From assembly GCF_009914755.1 (NCBI RefSeq), contig NC_060927.1: a stretch of DNA of 64,000 nt; one strand, given 5' to 3'. This DNA comes from the human T2T-CHM13v2.0 reference genome, Homo sapiens. Both the position numbers and the translations under genes were made by a program. How positions within the stretch are numbered: the stretch's first letter is position 1; every line of letters begins with the position of its first letter. Under the pieces are notes generated by a model. It did no database searches. It was not told where the DNA came from and saw only the letters and a program-made list of their open reading frames with translations. This document shows positions 1 through 11,605 of the stretch, one piece after another.

Positions 1-145
1 CTCGACGTCCACGTGTGGACAGGATGCAGTTCTGATGTGTTTTGCTGAGTCAGGGATTTCTTGTGGCAGCTGTCACTGTTGATGCATCATCTTTAAAGAC
101 GTGCCTGAGAACTTTGCCATGACCCTTGGCGGCTTGTTGATTTTT
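1..145 (-). other. Candidate non-coding exon (runs off the left edge of the window)
   Basis: Minus strand reads ...aactaaattatactttcatacatttccacag|AAAAATCAAC, a pyrimidine tract plus CAG acceptor (AG = plus-strand 146-147). All three frames hit stops. Donor not in window. Confidence 0.35.
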
Positions 146-574
146 CTGTGGAAATGTATGAAAGTATAATTTAGTTTGTTTGGGTTTTACATGAATTAAA
201 TATGGGGTTTTTGCTCCTCATTGAGCAAAATAAGGTGAAAAAAACTTCCTTAAATATTTCAGAGTTTGACTCGAAACGAAAACTCAAAATGTAATCTTGT
301 GCTGTTATTTTTGTTTCCATTGTGTGATGCCAGAGGCTATAGACAACTAAGGAATCTTTCAACATGGCTTGAAATTTTGCATGTATCAATAAATACCTAT
401 GGTAAAAAAAAAAAAACTTTATTTTAATTTTAGCTACTCTATAATGTTCACCGTAAAGTATAATTATTTTCACTTATTTTTATCAATTTAATTAAACATA
501 TTTTATTGAGCTCTACCCCACTGCTAGAAACATATTCCAAAAGTACAAGGCTCATCTTGTCTCTCTTGGTTTAA

Positions 575-905
575 AGTCTTTCAATGCCTTTGCTTTCCCA
601 AGGCATTTGCCTAAAGTTAAACCCTTTCAGTGTGGCCCACAAGCCCCCTTAGGATCTGTCTCTGTCTGCTTGATGTATAACCCAACTTCTCCCCTCACCC
701 CATCACTTCACATGCTGGCTTCCAGCCACACGGAACTCTAAAAGTGGTTTCTCCAATGTGCCATCTTCTCTTAAGCCACCAGGCTTCACATAGGCTGCAG
801 TTTATCACTAAAAAGGAAGTTTCCTTTTTTTTTTCTTCAAAATCCCTTCATTTCAATTAAGAAGTCACCTTCTGCCTCCTGCTTTCTAAGATCTTCATAA
901 GGGGT
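575..905 (+). mobile_element. L2 LINE fragment
   Basis: Diverged match to L2 3' region motifs (aaagttaaaccctttcagtgtggcccacaagccc, ctggcttccagccacac). Confidence 0.6.
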
Positions 906-926
906 AAGAAAGGTGCCCCTTCTAAG

Positions 927-1070
927 TAAAGTGACCATTTTTTTTCTAGTTCACCAGAGAAAGTCTCAATTTATGTCAATTTTCTCAACATTTCATTTAT
1001 TTAGCACTCCCTTTCACTCACAATGGGGTGTGTCATCCTGGTTTGGATGACACACTCCACAGCCATCATA
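927..1070 (+). mobile_element. MER94-like hAT-Blackjack DNA transposon
   Basis: agtgaccat start, internal tagcactccctttcactc and tcctggtttggatgaca resemble the MER94 consensus. Confidence 0.55.
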
Positions 1071-1114
1071 CTTCTAGAGGCTCCGTTTTCCCCTCTGCAG
1101 CAAGTACGAGGCCA

Positions 1115-1335
1115 AGAGCATAACTGTTTTGGAGTCAGCCAGGCCTATTTTCAAAACCCATGTCTGCCTTCTGTCAACTATGTGATATCAACATAGGTAG
1201 TTGCTGAAAATTTTTGACCTTGATTTTCTTACTTATAAAATTGGGACAGTGATGTTTAACTTCTGGTACTTTTTGATTTTTAAATTCAACCATGCAAGTA
1301 AGGTACATGGCTTAGCACCTGGTACATTTTAGGTT
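1115..1335 (+). mobile_element. MIR SINE
   Basis: ttttggagtcagccaggcct...ttttcttacttataaaattggga...gcttagcacctggtaca core pattern. Confidence 0.7.
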
Positions 1336-1336
1336 C

Positions 1337-1682
1337 TGTTAATAGATAAATGTAGGCACATTAAAATGTTAAAGAGTTACTTCGGACGAGGATTCATGAA
1401 TCAGGCAAATCAAACTATAAGCAGTTTGGACTCCACCAAAGGAGCATGAGACGAAAAATTGTATAAGGTGTTTGAGGAATTAATACACAGAAACTATTTG
1501 CTTGTTTAAACTGGAACAGTAGCTTTCAGGTCTCTAGTCAGAGATGAGTTGGCAGTTTCTGGTTGGTTCAGCTGAAGTTTCGTTTTACTGTTTACACTGA
1601 GTTAGGTTTGATCAGCTTACGTCTGAACCCAAAGTGCTGGAGCCATCTCAGCCTAATGGCCTCCCAATTAATTTTGTAAACA
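1337..1682 (-). mobile_element. Solo ERV LTR (LTR47/MER72-like)
   Basis: TG...CA bounded segment of about 345 bp ending ctcagcctaatggcctcccaattaatttt...aca; family assignment tentative. Confidence 0.6.
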
Positions 1683-1754
1683 ACTTTCAATGAATCACAG
1701 CTTTTTAAAAACTTAATGATAGCAATAGCACTGTGTTCTAATGATATGTTACTT

Positions 1755-1921
1755 CCTTCACAGGACTGTATACCTCTTAAAGTCAAAAACGTGTCTTTGT
1801 CTTTTATTTGTTTTTCCGCAGGCCCTCGCACAATAGTGCCCACACTATAGATTCATAATAAATAGTTATCAAAGGGATTAGTGACTAGAAAAATGACTGA
1901 CTGACTAAAAAATGAATGAAA
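1755..1921 (+). mobile_element. L2 3' end
   Basis: gactgtatacctc...gcacaatagtgcc...aataaatagtt...tgaatgaa terminal pattern. Confidence 0.6.
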
Positions 1922-2559
1922 ACATATTATCTGTCCTCAAAGGAAGAAAGGTACTTTTAATGTAAGCCACTCTCTGTGTGTCATAAGTGCTCCCCAAAAG
2001 GACAAAGAAAACAGTGAAGAAATTACCCTATTTCCAATCGGGAGATCAGGGAATATTCACAGAGCAAATGACATTTAAATAGGGCTTCAGCAGGAAGAAA
2101 GATGTGTTATGGAGTAGTACTTCAGACAGAGGGCATGATCACCACATTTTCATCAAATAATAAATATGTTAATGAAAGATATGTACTTAAAAATAACAAA
2201 AAAGTATTTCTACAATTATATGCATAAGTTTAGATTTTCCACCCTCCAAAGAGGCCTTTGTGGTTGCCATTCTTTTCACTGACAAATGTACTGCTGAATG
2301 TGATTTCTCTTAGGTTGATATGTAGTATAAAAAATCATAGCCAGCTTTTTTTCTCCCTCTCTTGGTTTAACTCTTGCACATTCACACATGGGGGGGTATA
2401 AGATGTTCATTTTTTTTCCTTTGCTTTTTAATACGAAAATTATCTCTTAAAACTAAAGTCGAAATTAATAAAGATCTTTTTTCTAAAATTAGAAGGATCT
2501 ATTTGCTTTGACAAATTCTAACTGTTTATAGTGTCACATTATTTTCAAAATATTACAGA

Positions 2560-3200
2560 TGTGGAAAAGGGGTAGAATTAGTTTTGAGTAAAATTATGGC
2601 TTGTCAGCAGATAACACAATCAACCTTTCAAACGCAAACACCTCTTTCCAAGTGTAATTGTTAGGAAATGAGAGCCGTATTCAAATGCTAAATAAGAAAA
2701 ATGACGATAGGAATAAAAACTCTTCTGGTTAAAAAAATAACGAAGAACAGAATTTTAGGCACGGTTTTCAAAAGCTCTCCAATTGCAGGTGCTACCTGGC
2801 TGTTGACTGGTTGATTGGATGGCCTTGATAGTGTTGACAGCCCATGAATTCTCTGACAGCCCAGGGAATTCAAGTTAATGGACAGTTAATATCATGATTG
2901 AATGGTGCCTGATCTATTTGAGGATGGAAAATCAATAGTCTATTAGATTCGCCAGGAGAAGTGGGGGAAGAATAAGCATGCCTATTTGCCTTCATTGCTA
3001 CGTCTACACTAATTAAGCACCACCTTAAGATGGAGGAGAGTCTGGAGAATTGAACTGGTAATGAGATTCCGACTTGAAGTAAATGAAGCAACTTTACCAT
3101 AAGGCACACTGACAGACAATTAAACCTTTTTATCAATGCAGCTTTCATGCAGAAATAAAATCTCATATGGCAACTGTAAAATAAATGGAGGACTGGAAGG
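2560..3200. promoter_or_regulatory. Candidate developmental enhancer / conserved non-coding element
   Basis: Repeat-free segment with TGACAG at 2835, 2854 and 3110, TGTCAG at 2602, TGATTG motifs and TAATTA at 3010. Confidence 0.45.
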
Positions 3201-4519
3201 AACTGTAAATCTTTTTCTCAGCTTGCAGTTGTACTTGTAACTTCCACACTGTTTTGACATTTGGGGTTTTTGCATTAGAAGTCATAGTGAGTAACATTGC
3301 ATTTTTCTACATAGAAGTTCCGTGTGTCACATTCATTGAAATGTTTCAAGAAAGGTTTTGATTAAACATAAAACCAATTAGAGATAAGCAGTTTCCTTCA
3401 AAAAATTTTGGACTGGAAAGAGGAAATATTCTAAAGAGTAACAATTGCTGTATTTCAAAAATATTTTAAAATATTTTAAAGCTGTTAGTTGTATAGATAA
3501 AGGCTCATTTTTGCTTATACAAATATCTCTTTTTCCTCACGTTAAAAATACTCTAATAGGAAAGACCATCATACATAGCCAGAGAATCTTGCCATCTTAA
3601 TTTTCAGAATGGGAGTAGATTTTATTTTAAACATAATGATGGGAGAATGGGTTTTTTATTGGCAATTAAATGTTCTAGTGAACTGACAGGTATTAATATG
3701 CCATTATAATATAGTAAAGTAACATAACTCAGCTGCATTTTTAAAGAAAATATGCCTTTGAATCAGAGGCCTTTTGTTATGTTGCAGTGAACTAGTGGTA
3801 TGATAAACTGTTGTACAAAACATAAAGATATTATTACCTATTAGAATCACACCTAAATTCCTCACCATCAATATTCTTGAATATAGTTTTTACTGTATGA
3901 CCTAGTCATACATTTACCTGTTAAATTTCTATAAATAGAGTCTAAACTTTTTTTAGGAAAATGGCCAGAGCATATAAAATTTTTTTCTTTACTTTTTTCA
4001 TTTCTGTGTTATAGCTAACACTGTGTACTTCACACTACTGCTATTTATTATTTTTCTTTTTCTATATAGATTACTGGCAACATTTCTAGTTTATCTTTTG
4101 TATAAAAGCAGAAAAATAGAACACCTGGCTGTTTCTTCTCACCTCATAGAGTAATGATATTTTACTTTATCTTTTATTTACTCTGATATATTTAATACAA
4201 TTTTTCATTTCGCAGTCTTTTGCAGTAGCTTCTCTTTTCTCCTTTCAGGTTTCAAATCGTCCTTCTTTAAGCCCTTGTTTTGTCCTTATTTCTTCTGCAG
4301 TTATTTAGTTACTTGTCTCTCTATCCATGTCCTATGGCTTGGCTATTCGAGTTTCAAAAATATTATAGTAATATTTCACTTAAATTGACTTGTGAGCTTT
4401 AAGATATTATAATAATATTTCACTCAAAGCCATTTTACTCAAATAGCTTTTATTGAGCACCTGTTAGATATATTTCACTGGGCTATATTTATACTATGAT
4501 TCAGATGTGTGCAGTAATT

Positions 4520-5380
4520 CATGGTTTTACTCAAAAATATTTATTAAATGTTTAGAATTGTGTGTTCTGCATGTGCTCAACACTGTGAAACACACTGGGG
4601 ATTCAAAGACTGCCTTACTAGGCATAGATTATGCCTTTAAGTATCTTATAATACTTGTTTTTAAAATACAGCATGTAAGTTAGACACGTAGGAACATTAA
4701 ATGTAATCTAAATAAGAATAAAAGATATAAAAACATGCACTTGAATTATAGTGGTACAGAAAAAGTTGAGGAATTTTGTTGTATTGTTCTAACTCGAGAC
4801 AAAAAAGAGCTTCAGAGAAAAGATAGGATTTGAGTTCAATCTTGCAGATAAACAGGATTTTGTTAAGTGGGGAAGAAGTGGAGAGATGCTCATGATCAGG
4901 TAGGTGTGCAAGTCAGCAGGGTTAGGGTTAATATTTTCTTTGGCAGAGTTTTAGGTTGTATTGAGATAGGAAACAGGAATTTAGGGTGAGATTATAGAAG
5001 GTATTGAGTGTCATGCTGAGGAGTTTAGACATTATTCTGGGGTCAAAGATGGCTTCTAATCAGGAAATTACATGACTTGATATGAGTTTTCAGGATATGG
5101 CTAGTGACAAGAGTAGAAAAGGATGTGTTCTCAGATTATAACTAGCAGCAAACATGGAAAAGAATGAGTCGTCACAGAGTTCAGTGAGGAAGTTATTTTA
5201 TAAATACAGGTGAAAATAATATATGCTTGTGTTTTGGCCAAGTAGGGTATAGCTAAGAAAGGGGAGACAAAGAAGTAGAATAGAAAGACATAATTTACGG
5301 GACTTAAGTTATGACTGGATATGAAAGTTGCAAGAAGGGGAGGAATTGAAGTTGAATTTCATTGTTTGGATCAAAGAGTT
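4520..5380 (-). mobile_element. L2 LINE fragment
   Basis: Begins with antisense L2 tail (tttactcaaaaatatttattaaatg) followed by purine-rich antisense L2 body (gagtgtcatgctgaggagtttagacattattctg). Confidence 0.55.
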
Positions 5381-5385
5381 TGGCT

Positions 5386-5705
5386 GGCTGACATGGTGGC
5401 TCATGCCTGTCATCCCAGCCTTTGGGAGCCAAGGCAGGTGGATCACTTCAGCCCAGGAGGTCAAGACTAGCCTGGGCAACATGGTTAAACCCTGTCTCTA
5501 CAAAAACTACAAAAATTAGCCAGGCATGGTGGCACGCACCCATATCCCAACTACTCAGATGGCAGAGGCTGAGGTGGGAAGATCACTTGAGCTCAGGGAT
5601 GTCAAGACTGCAGTGAGTCATGATAAGGCCACTGCACTCCATCCTGGGCAACAAAGTGAGACCCTTTCTCAAAACAAACAAACAAGCAAGCAAAACCAGA
5701 AAACA
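5386..5705 (+). mobile_element. AluJ
   Basis: Full dimer with J-type gcccaggaggtcaagactagcctgggcaac, degenerate (AAAC)n tail and degraded TSD (aaagagtttggct / aaagaatttttct). Confidence 0.95.
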
Positions 5706-6104
5706 AAGAATTTTTCTTTTAACTTAAATCAGTGACACCAGATCATGTTTATTCAGGACAATTGTCTTCACCATACTGAGAGATTTCCTTCCTTGGAGAC
5801 ATAATATCTATATGTAGATATAGATATCTATATCTATATCTAGATATATATATATCTTACTCTTCTAGCATTTCCACATTTTACCTAATGAAGTCCTATT
5901 ACCTTTTCCAATAGAAAATAATAGTGCACAAGACTCTTAAGGACCCATGGAAATATATACTATTAGCAATGTTGGTTTTGGAGCAATTATGTGAATGGCT
6001 ACACTATCCCATGGCCATGGAATTTATTTGAGGTCACATTGGTTAATTGCTCAATGAAACAGAGGATCATTTTTTGACTGATATGCTGGAGCCCCTGAAA
6101 ATAA

Positions 6105-6320
6105 TTCAGTAATTACCATCAATTGAGAATCTATATTTTACTTGACCCGGTGATAATACCTTTACACGAAACATCTTATTCAATTCTTGGTAAGGACCAT
6201 AAGGCTTCTTTTACAGATGTGTAAAATGAAGTTCAAAAAAGTTAAATCATTTGATCAAAGCCTCAATTAGAATCACCGAGGAAGGATTTTAACTTATGTT
6301 AGAATCTAGAGCTCGCATAA
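6105..6320 (-). mobile_element. MIR SINE
   Basis: ttttacagatgtgtaaaatgaagttcaaaaaagttaaatcatttgatcaa antisense core. Confidence 0.6.
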
Positions 6321-6730
6321 AGTTTATATACTCACTCTGAACTTTTTGAGGTGAGAGGCCTCTTTAATATATGCTGTTTCTCCAAGAATATAGCATTATG
6401 CCTGGTATATATATAATAGTTTCTCAAAAATTCAGGATCAGTTATACTTTTCTATTATGAACTAAATCTAGATTTTTTAATCTGATCTTTTCTCTCAATA
6501 TTTTTGTATCTTGAAGCAAAAACACAAGGATGTTCCAACCACCCATGGTCAGGCTTCCTCAAAAAAATATTCTCTTCTTGTCTTTTATGGTTTTAAGAAT
6601 TAATTGTGTTCACATATTCAAAGAAATTAAAAACCAAGAATTTATATATACTATATTTTTTCATTAAACATTTTATTTTTAGATAATTATAGATCTATAT
6701 GCAATTGTAAGAAAAGGCAAAGAGAGATCC

Positions 6731-7106
6731 TGTATTAGTCAGAAATCTCCAGAGAAACAGAACCAATGAGATATATAGAGAGATATATAGGAGGAGATTT
6801 TTAAATGTGAACTGGCTCACATGATTATGGAGGCTATGAACTTCCACCCTATGCCATCTGCAAGCTGGAGAACTCAGAGAGCCAGTGGTATAATGCAGCC
6901 CCACTCTGAAGGCCTAAGAACCAAGAGCTGTGATGTCTGAGGGCAGGAGAAGACTCATGTCCAGTTTTAAAAGATAAAGAGAATTCACCCTTTCTCCTTT
7001 TTTTTCTTCTATTCAAGCCCTCAATAAGTTATATGATGGCTACATACATTAGTGAGGGTGGATCTTCTACTCGATCTATTGATTCAAATGACAATCTCTT
7101 CAAGAA

Positions 7107-7181
<75 letters not shown>

Positions 7182-7241
7182 ACTCTTTACCGTCTATCTG
7201 TGCATCCCCTACTTCAGTTGTCACATAAAGTTAACCATCAA
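6731..7241 (-). mobile_element. MLT2 (ERVL) solo LTR
   Basis: tgtattagtcag...ctccagagaaacagaaccaat start and cacataaagttaaccatca end typical of antisense MLT2. Confidence 0.85.
7108..7177. repeat. Compound microsatellite (CA)19(GA)16
   Basis: Direct reading. Confidence 0.97.
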
Positions 7242-8604
7242 AGGTCTTATGTTGCCTTTACCCGGTTTCACAATGATAACGTATTGTGAAACTATACTAC
7301 AGCATCACAGCCAGGATATTGATATTGATATAGTCAAGGTAAAGAACACTACCATCATCATAAGGATCTCTCATGTTGCCCTTTTGTAGCCACTTTCCTC
7401 CAGCTCCACCCTCTCCTAAACGTTACCTATGACAACCACTACTCTGTTCTTCAATTCTATAATTTTGTCATTTCAAGAAAGTTATATAAATGGAACCACA
7501 AAGTAAATAAGACAAAGTAAGACTTATGCCCGGCATTTTTCCCTTAGTATATTTCTGTAGAGATTTATCTAGGTGATTGTGTGTATTAATAGATCTTTCC
7601 AGTTTATTGTTAAGTAGGATTCCATAGAATGATGTACCATAGTTTGTTTAACCATTCACCCACTGAAGGACATTTAAACAGTTTCCAACTTTTGACTATA
7701 AATTAAGTTGCTATAAACATTCATTTACACATTTTGAGGTGAATATAAATTTTCATTTCCCTGAGAAAAAAATTCCCAAAAGTTCCATTGCTGGGTTATA
7801 CAATAGTTGCATTTTTATTTTTTTAATAAACTACCATATTGTTTTTCAGCTGAGGCTGTACCATTTTACATTTCCACCAGCAATGTATGAGTGATCTGAT
7901 TTCTCTGCATCTCCAGCAGCAATTGCTGTTTTAACTCTTTTATTTTAGCCATTTCAATGGGAATAGTGACATCTCATTGCTTTAATTTGCATTTTTCTAA
8001 CATCTAAAGATGTAGAACATCTTTTTATGTGCGTATTTGCTATCAACATATCCTATTCAATGGAAATGGCTCTTCATGTCTTTTGCCCATTTTCTAATTG
8101 AATCATTTGCTTCTTTTACTGTTGAGTTTTTAAGTTCCTTGTACCATATTTTTATATTTTAAATAGTAATATTTCGTTAAGTATGAAGTTTACAGATTTT
8201 TCTTTCTATAGCTTGTCTTTTGATCCTTTTAACTGCATCTTTCACAGAGCAATTTTTTAAAATTTTGATAAATTCTATTGTATTGATTTTTTTTCTTTCA
8301 TGCATTGTACCTTTAGTAGTATGTCTAAGAACTATTTGTGTAACTTATCCCAAAGATTTTCTCCTGCATTCTTTTATAAAAGTGTTATAAGTCTGCCACC
8401 AATTTTGAGTTAATTTTTGTATAAGATGTGAAACTTAGATTTCTGTTCCTTGCTTGGTTGCCCCTTTCCTGATCCTTTGACTAAAGAGAGCAGGCATTTT
8501 GGGGACTATTTTTTGTCTGCACTCCCTGGTATTTCCAGGTACCTCTTTTTCAATACCAAGCCTGGACTATATGAGGCATAAAGAAAACACAGCACACTCG
8601 CCAT

Positions 8605-8943
8605 TGTTAGAAAAAGCTAAGCTGGACAGTACTTAAAGAGGTGAAGAAAAAAAATTATTCAGGAACTATTGCAATAGGAAAGAAAGAGACCTCAGTATAG
8701 AACTGAGCTCAATTCTGGATAAAGCATTGACAAGTGGAGATTTATAGCCAAGGAACAGGGTAGGGGTCAGTGCATGGAAATTACTAAGAGGAAACATCAG
8801 GAGTAAGGGGGAGTTCTGGCTAAACCAACTTGCAAGGATTCTTGCTAAGACTGAGTGATGCAGGTCTGGCAAGGGCAGGCCTAATTGAGAAGATGGGTCA
8901 GAGGAGCCTGGCTAAACTTTGGTCAAGGAAAGCAACTTAGTCA
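8605..8943 (-). mobile_element. MER31-type ERV1 solo LTR
   Basis: TG...CA ends; tcagaggagcctggctaaactttggtcaagga is the reverse complement of the MER31 5' end. Confidence 0.75.
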
Positions 8944-11299
8944 TCAGCATGTCATTTCTTGGGTCTGAGGTCCCTAACTGATCTGCTGATCTGCTTGCTC
9001 TTCATATTTCAAAGTCTCCGTCTCTGTCTCTTTCTCTGTTCTCTCTCTATGTGTGTGTGTATGTGAAATATATATAGTACATACACACACATATATAACA
9101 GGTTTTTTATAAATGTGAATATTAGGTATATTTATACAGCAAAAACTGCCCTATAAATTTTAAAGAACTATTTGAAAAGATACAGGCTAAATATTTTTAA
9201 ATAACCTTTACAATAAATTCTTATTAAATTTTTTCCTTTGCTAAAATTATAGAATTAACTGGTTTATTTAGAAAGAGAAAAATGAAAAACAATTAATAGT
9301 ATAATGCAATCTAAAACAAGTGCCTTCTAATTATTTTAAAGTAATATTATTATACTTTTGTAGTGATTTCTCCTTTTGAGATAATTTTTTAAATAATAAG
9401 TTCCTTTTCCTTCAGTTTTAAAAATATTTTCCCTCATACTTATTTGCACCCTCCTATGACTGTGCATTATTTTTTGTGTACCATTTTCTAGTTTGCACGT
9501 AAAGTCACTGTTATACTCTGTTGAATAGCTATTATTGCCTTTTGGACTTGCTTCTCAATTTTTTTATTCTCTATTCCTCACTTATAAGGACTCCCTCCTC
9601 ATGTTTGACCATGCACATTTTATTGAACCACATAATTTTCATGAATATTTTATTTGACCTACAACTGTCAAGAGGATCTTTTCTCTTTTTCATATAATAA
9701 TGTTTTTCTCTATATCTGACCTTATAACTCCATCGAGAAATTAACATATTAAATGTATTCTTTTATCCTTCTTTATTGAGGCTCAGTTGAATTTTTATCC
9801 AACATAGAAAAATGTATTAGCTGTTAAGGTACTATACCTTATTGGAATATTTATTATAAGCAAAGATGTGAAGATATTTTAGGTGTCTAAATATTCCTTC
9901 CAGTTTTGTGTTTAATGTTGCTTTCAAGGAACAAATCACTTGAAATTTAAATTTGGATTCAGTGTATGCTGATACTACAGCATTTACATTAGAAGTAAAA
10001 TCAGAAGCCATCCACATGTTCCTCAACTATGTCTGGTATGGTCAATTGAAAAGGAGCCAATGCAAACGCCCCTTTGATAATTAAAGACATTTTAAAGAAC
10101 TGCAAAAACCTAAATCACCATCTTTGTTGAATTGTGTAGAATGTTCCACACTTTTTTTCTTTATTTTCATTATTTTTTGTTTGTTGTTTTTAGAGTGGTA
10201 TACACTTGATTTGTCATTTTTAGAAGTGAACATTCTGCCAGTACCTACTTCCCAAGACTTGTTAAAGTTGGAAACTACAGATGTTCACTTGGGTGGCTTC
10301 TCCTCAGTGAACATTTCCCTGATTTGTAGTTAATTCTCTATTCCATTGAGTACTGTGCTACATTTCCCTGTAGATTTGTGCTTGCTTTTTCCAGCTTTTC
10401 CACATCTCCACCTCTCAAATGAACTAATCATAACATTACGTTTGGTTGCTTGCATTATTACTGTGTTTAGTTTTTATTTCTATCTAGCTGTTTTAAGGGG
10501 ATGTTCGTTGTATTTTTTCAGGTAAGATTAGATATTATTCCTGTTTTTGCCTGGATCCGACATCCAGAAAAAGCGTAAAACCTGAAACCAATAAGAAACA
10601 AATGATTTTATTCCTTGCTATTTAACTCTTCAAGCATTTTCGTTGGGTTTAAGTACATTGTAAAAATTAATGAGTATTATTAAAAGAGTTAACTATTATG
10701 ACACTAACTCCAAGGATATGCCAAGTGCATAGTGGGTACTTAAAAATATTCCAATGTACAAAGAAGTAAATAATGAAAAGCGTTAAAGGACATTTGCTTG
10801 ATATAGTCTGTTAAAATACATAATTCTGACCTAGGAATTCTTTTCTAACATGATGACTTTTTCCCTAAATTATCTGGATAAATGCCTTCATTTTAAAATA
10901 TGTTTTGTATATGTAAACATAGAATCTTGGAATATTTTCTTTTAATCCAAAGAAACCCGAGGTAAAATGTAGATGAATTAAACCAATTTAAAGCACTAGA
11001 TAAGAAATACGTGATTTTAGAGAACAATCTCTCTATGGCCTTTGGTAAATAGTTACTTCTGCTTTTTAAAGGTCACAGTCAGAAACACCCAAAGTAAGTG
11101 TTGAGGAATATTTATCGTCAGTCCTTATACACACTTGGGCACCATCCAGCATTAAGCAACAGTAATTTCTCATGGATTGGCCAGAATACACTGTATTTAA
11201 GTAATTATTTTAATCCAAAAAAGGTATCTTAAAGAGTTAAAATGTTGTAGTTTTCATAACTATTAGATTTTACATTTTGCTAACTACTAATCTGCCAGT

Positions 11300-11605
11300 C
11301 TAAGAGAGGAAGTACCAATTCATACTCCACAGTATGGCTACATAAGCTAGTGAAGCAGGCAAAGAATGGGACTGTAGAAACTGGTGTGGCCCAGAAAGAC
11401 CAGTCCCCAGTAACTAGTAGTTAATTCTTATCTGAATTGATCGTATGTAAGAATGGAGACCAAAAATCTCCAAATGTTACAATTTTAAGATTTTAAATTT
11501 AATAAAAGCCAGAACTTTGGATTTTTATGTGAACCCTCCTTTCCCAGTTTTTAAAGGTTGGCAATTATTTCACAAGCTTTTAAACCCACTGTGATCAAAA
11601 TAAGC
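11300..11605 (+). mobile_element. MER103C-like hAT-Charlie fragment
   Basis: aagccagaactttggatttttatgtgaaccctcc...tttttaaaggttggcaa...cactgtg matches the MER103C 3' half. Confidence 0.55.

Larger units (their letters stand above)
6665..8440 (-). mobile_element. Old L1 (L1MC/L1MD-type) 3' portion, interrupted by an MLT2 LTR
   Basis: Antisense L1 3' UTR and ORF2 end motifs (ccattttacatttccaccagcaatgtatgag, tctcattgctttaatttgcattt); sequence is continuous across the LTR insertion. Confidence 0.85.

Noticed and set aside
5328-5735. ORFs over Alu elements (also at 16.3, 17.5, 20.4, 30.4, 38.6, 45.4, 46.7 and 47.4 kb)
   Set aside because: Typical Alu-derived translations.
9052-9091. 13-bp stem tgtgtgtgtatgt / acatacacacaca
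   Set aside because: Trivial product of opposed (TG)/(CA) microsatellites.
10475-10495. tatctagctgt resembling part of miR-9
   Set aside because: Only 11 nt match; no seed and no precursor hairpin.
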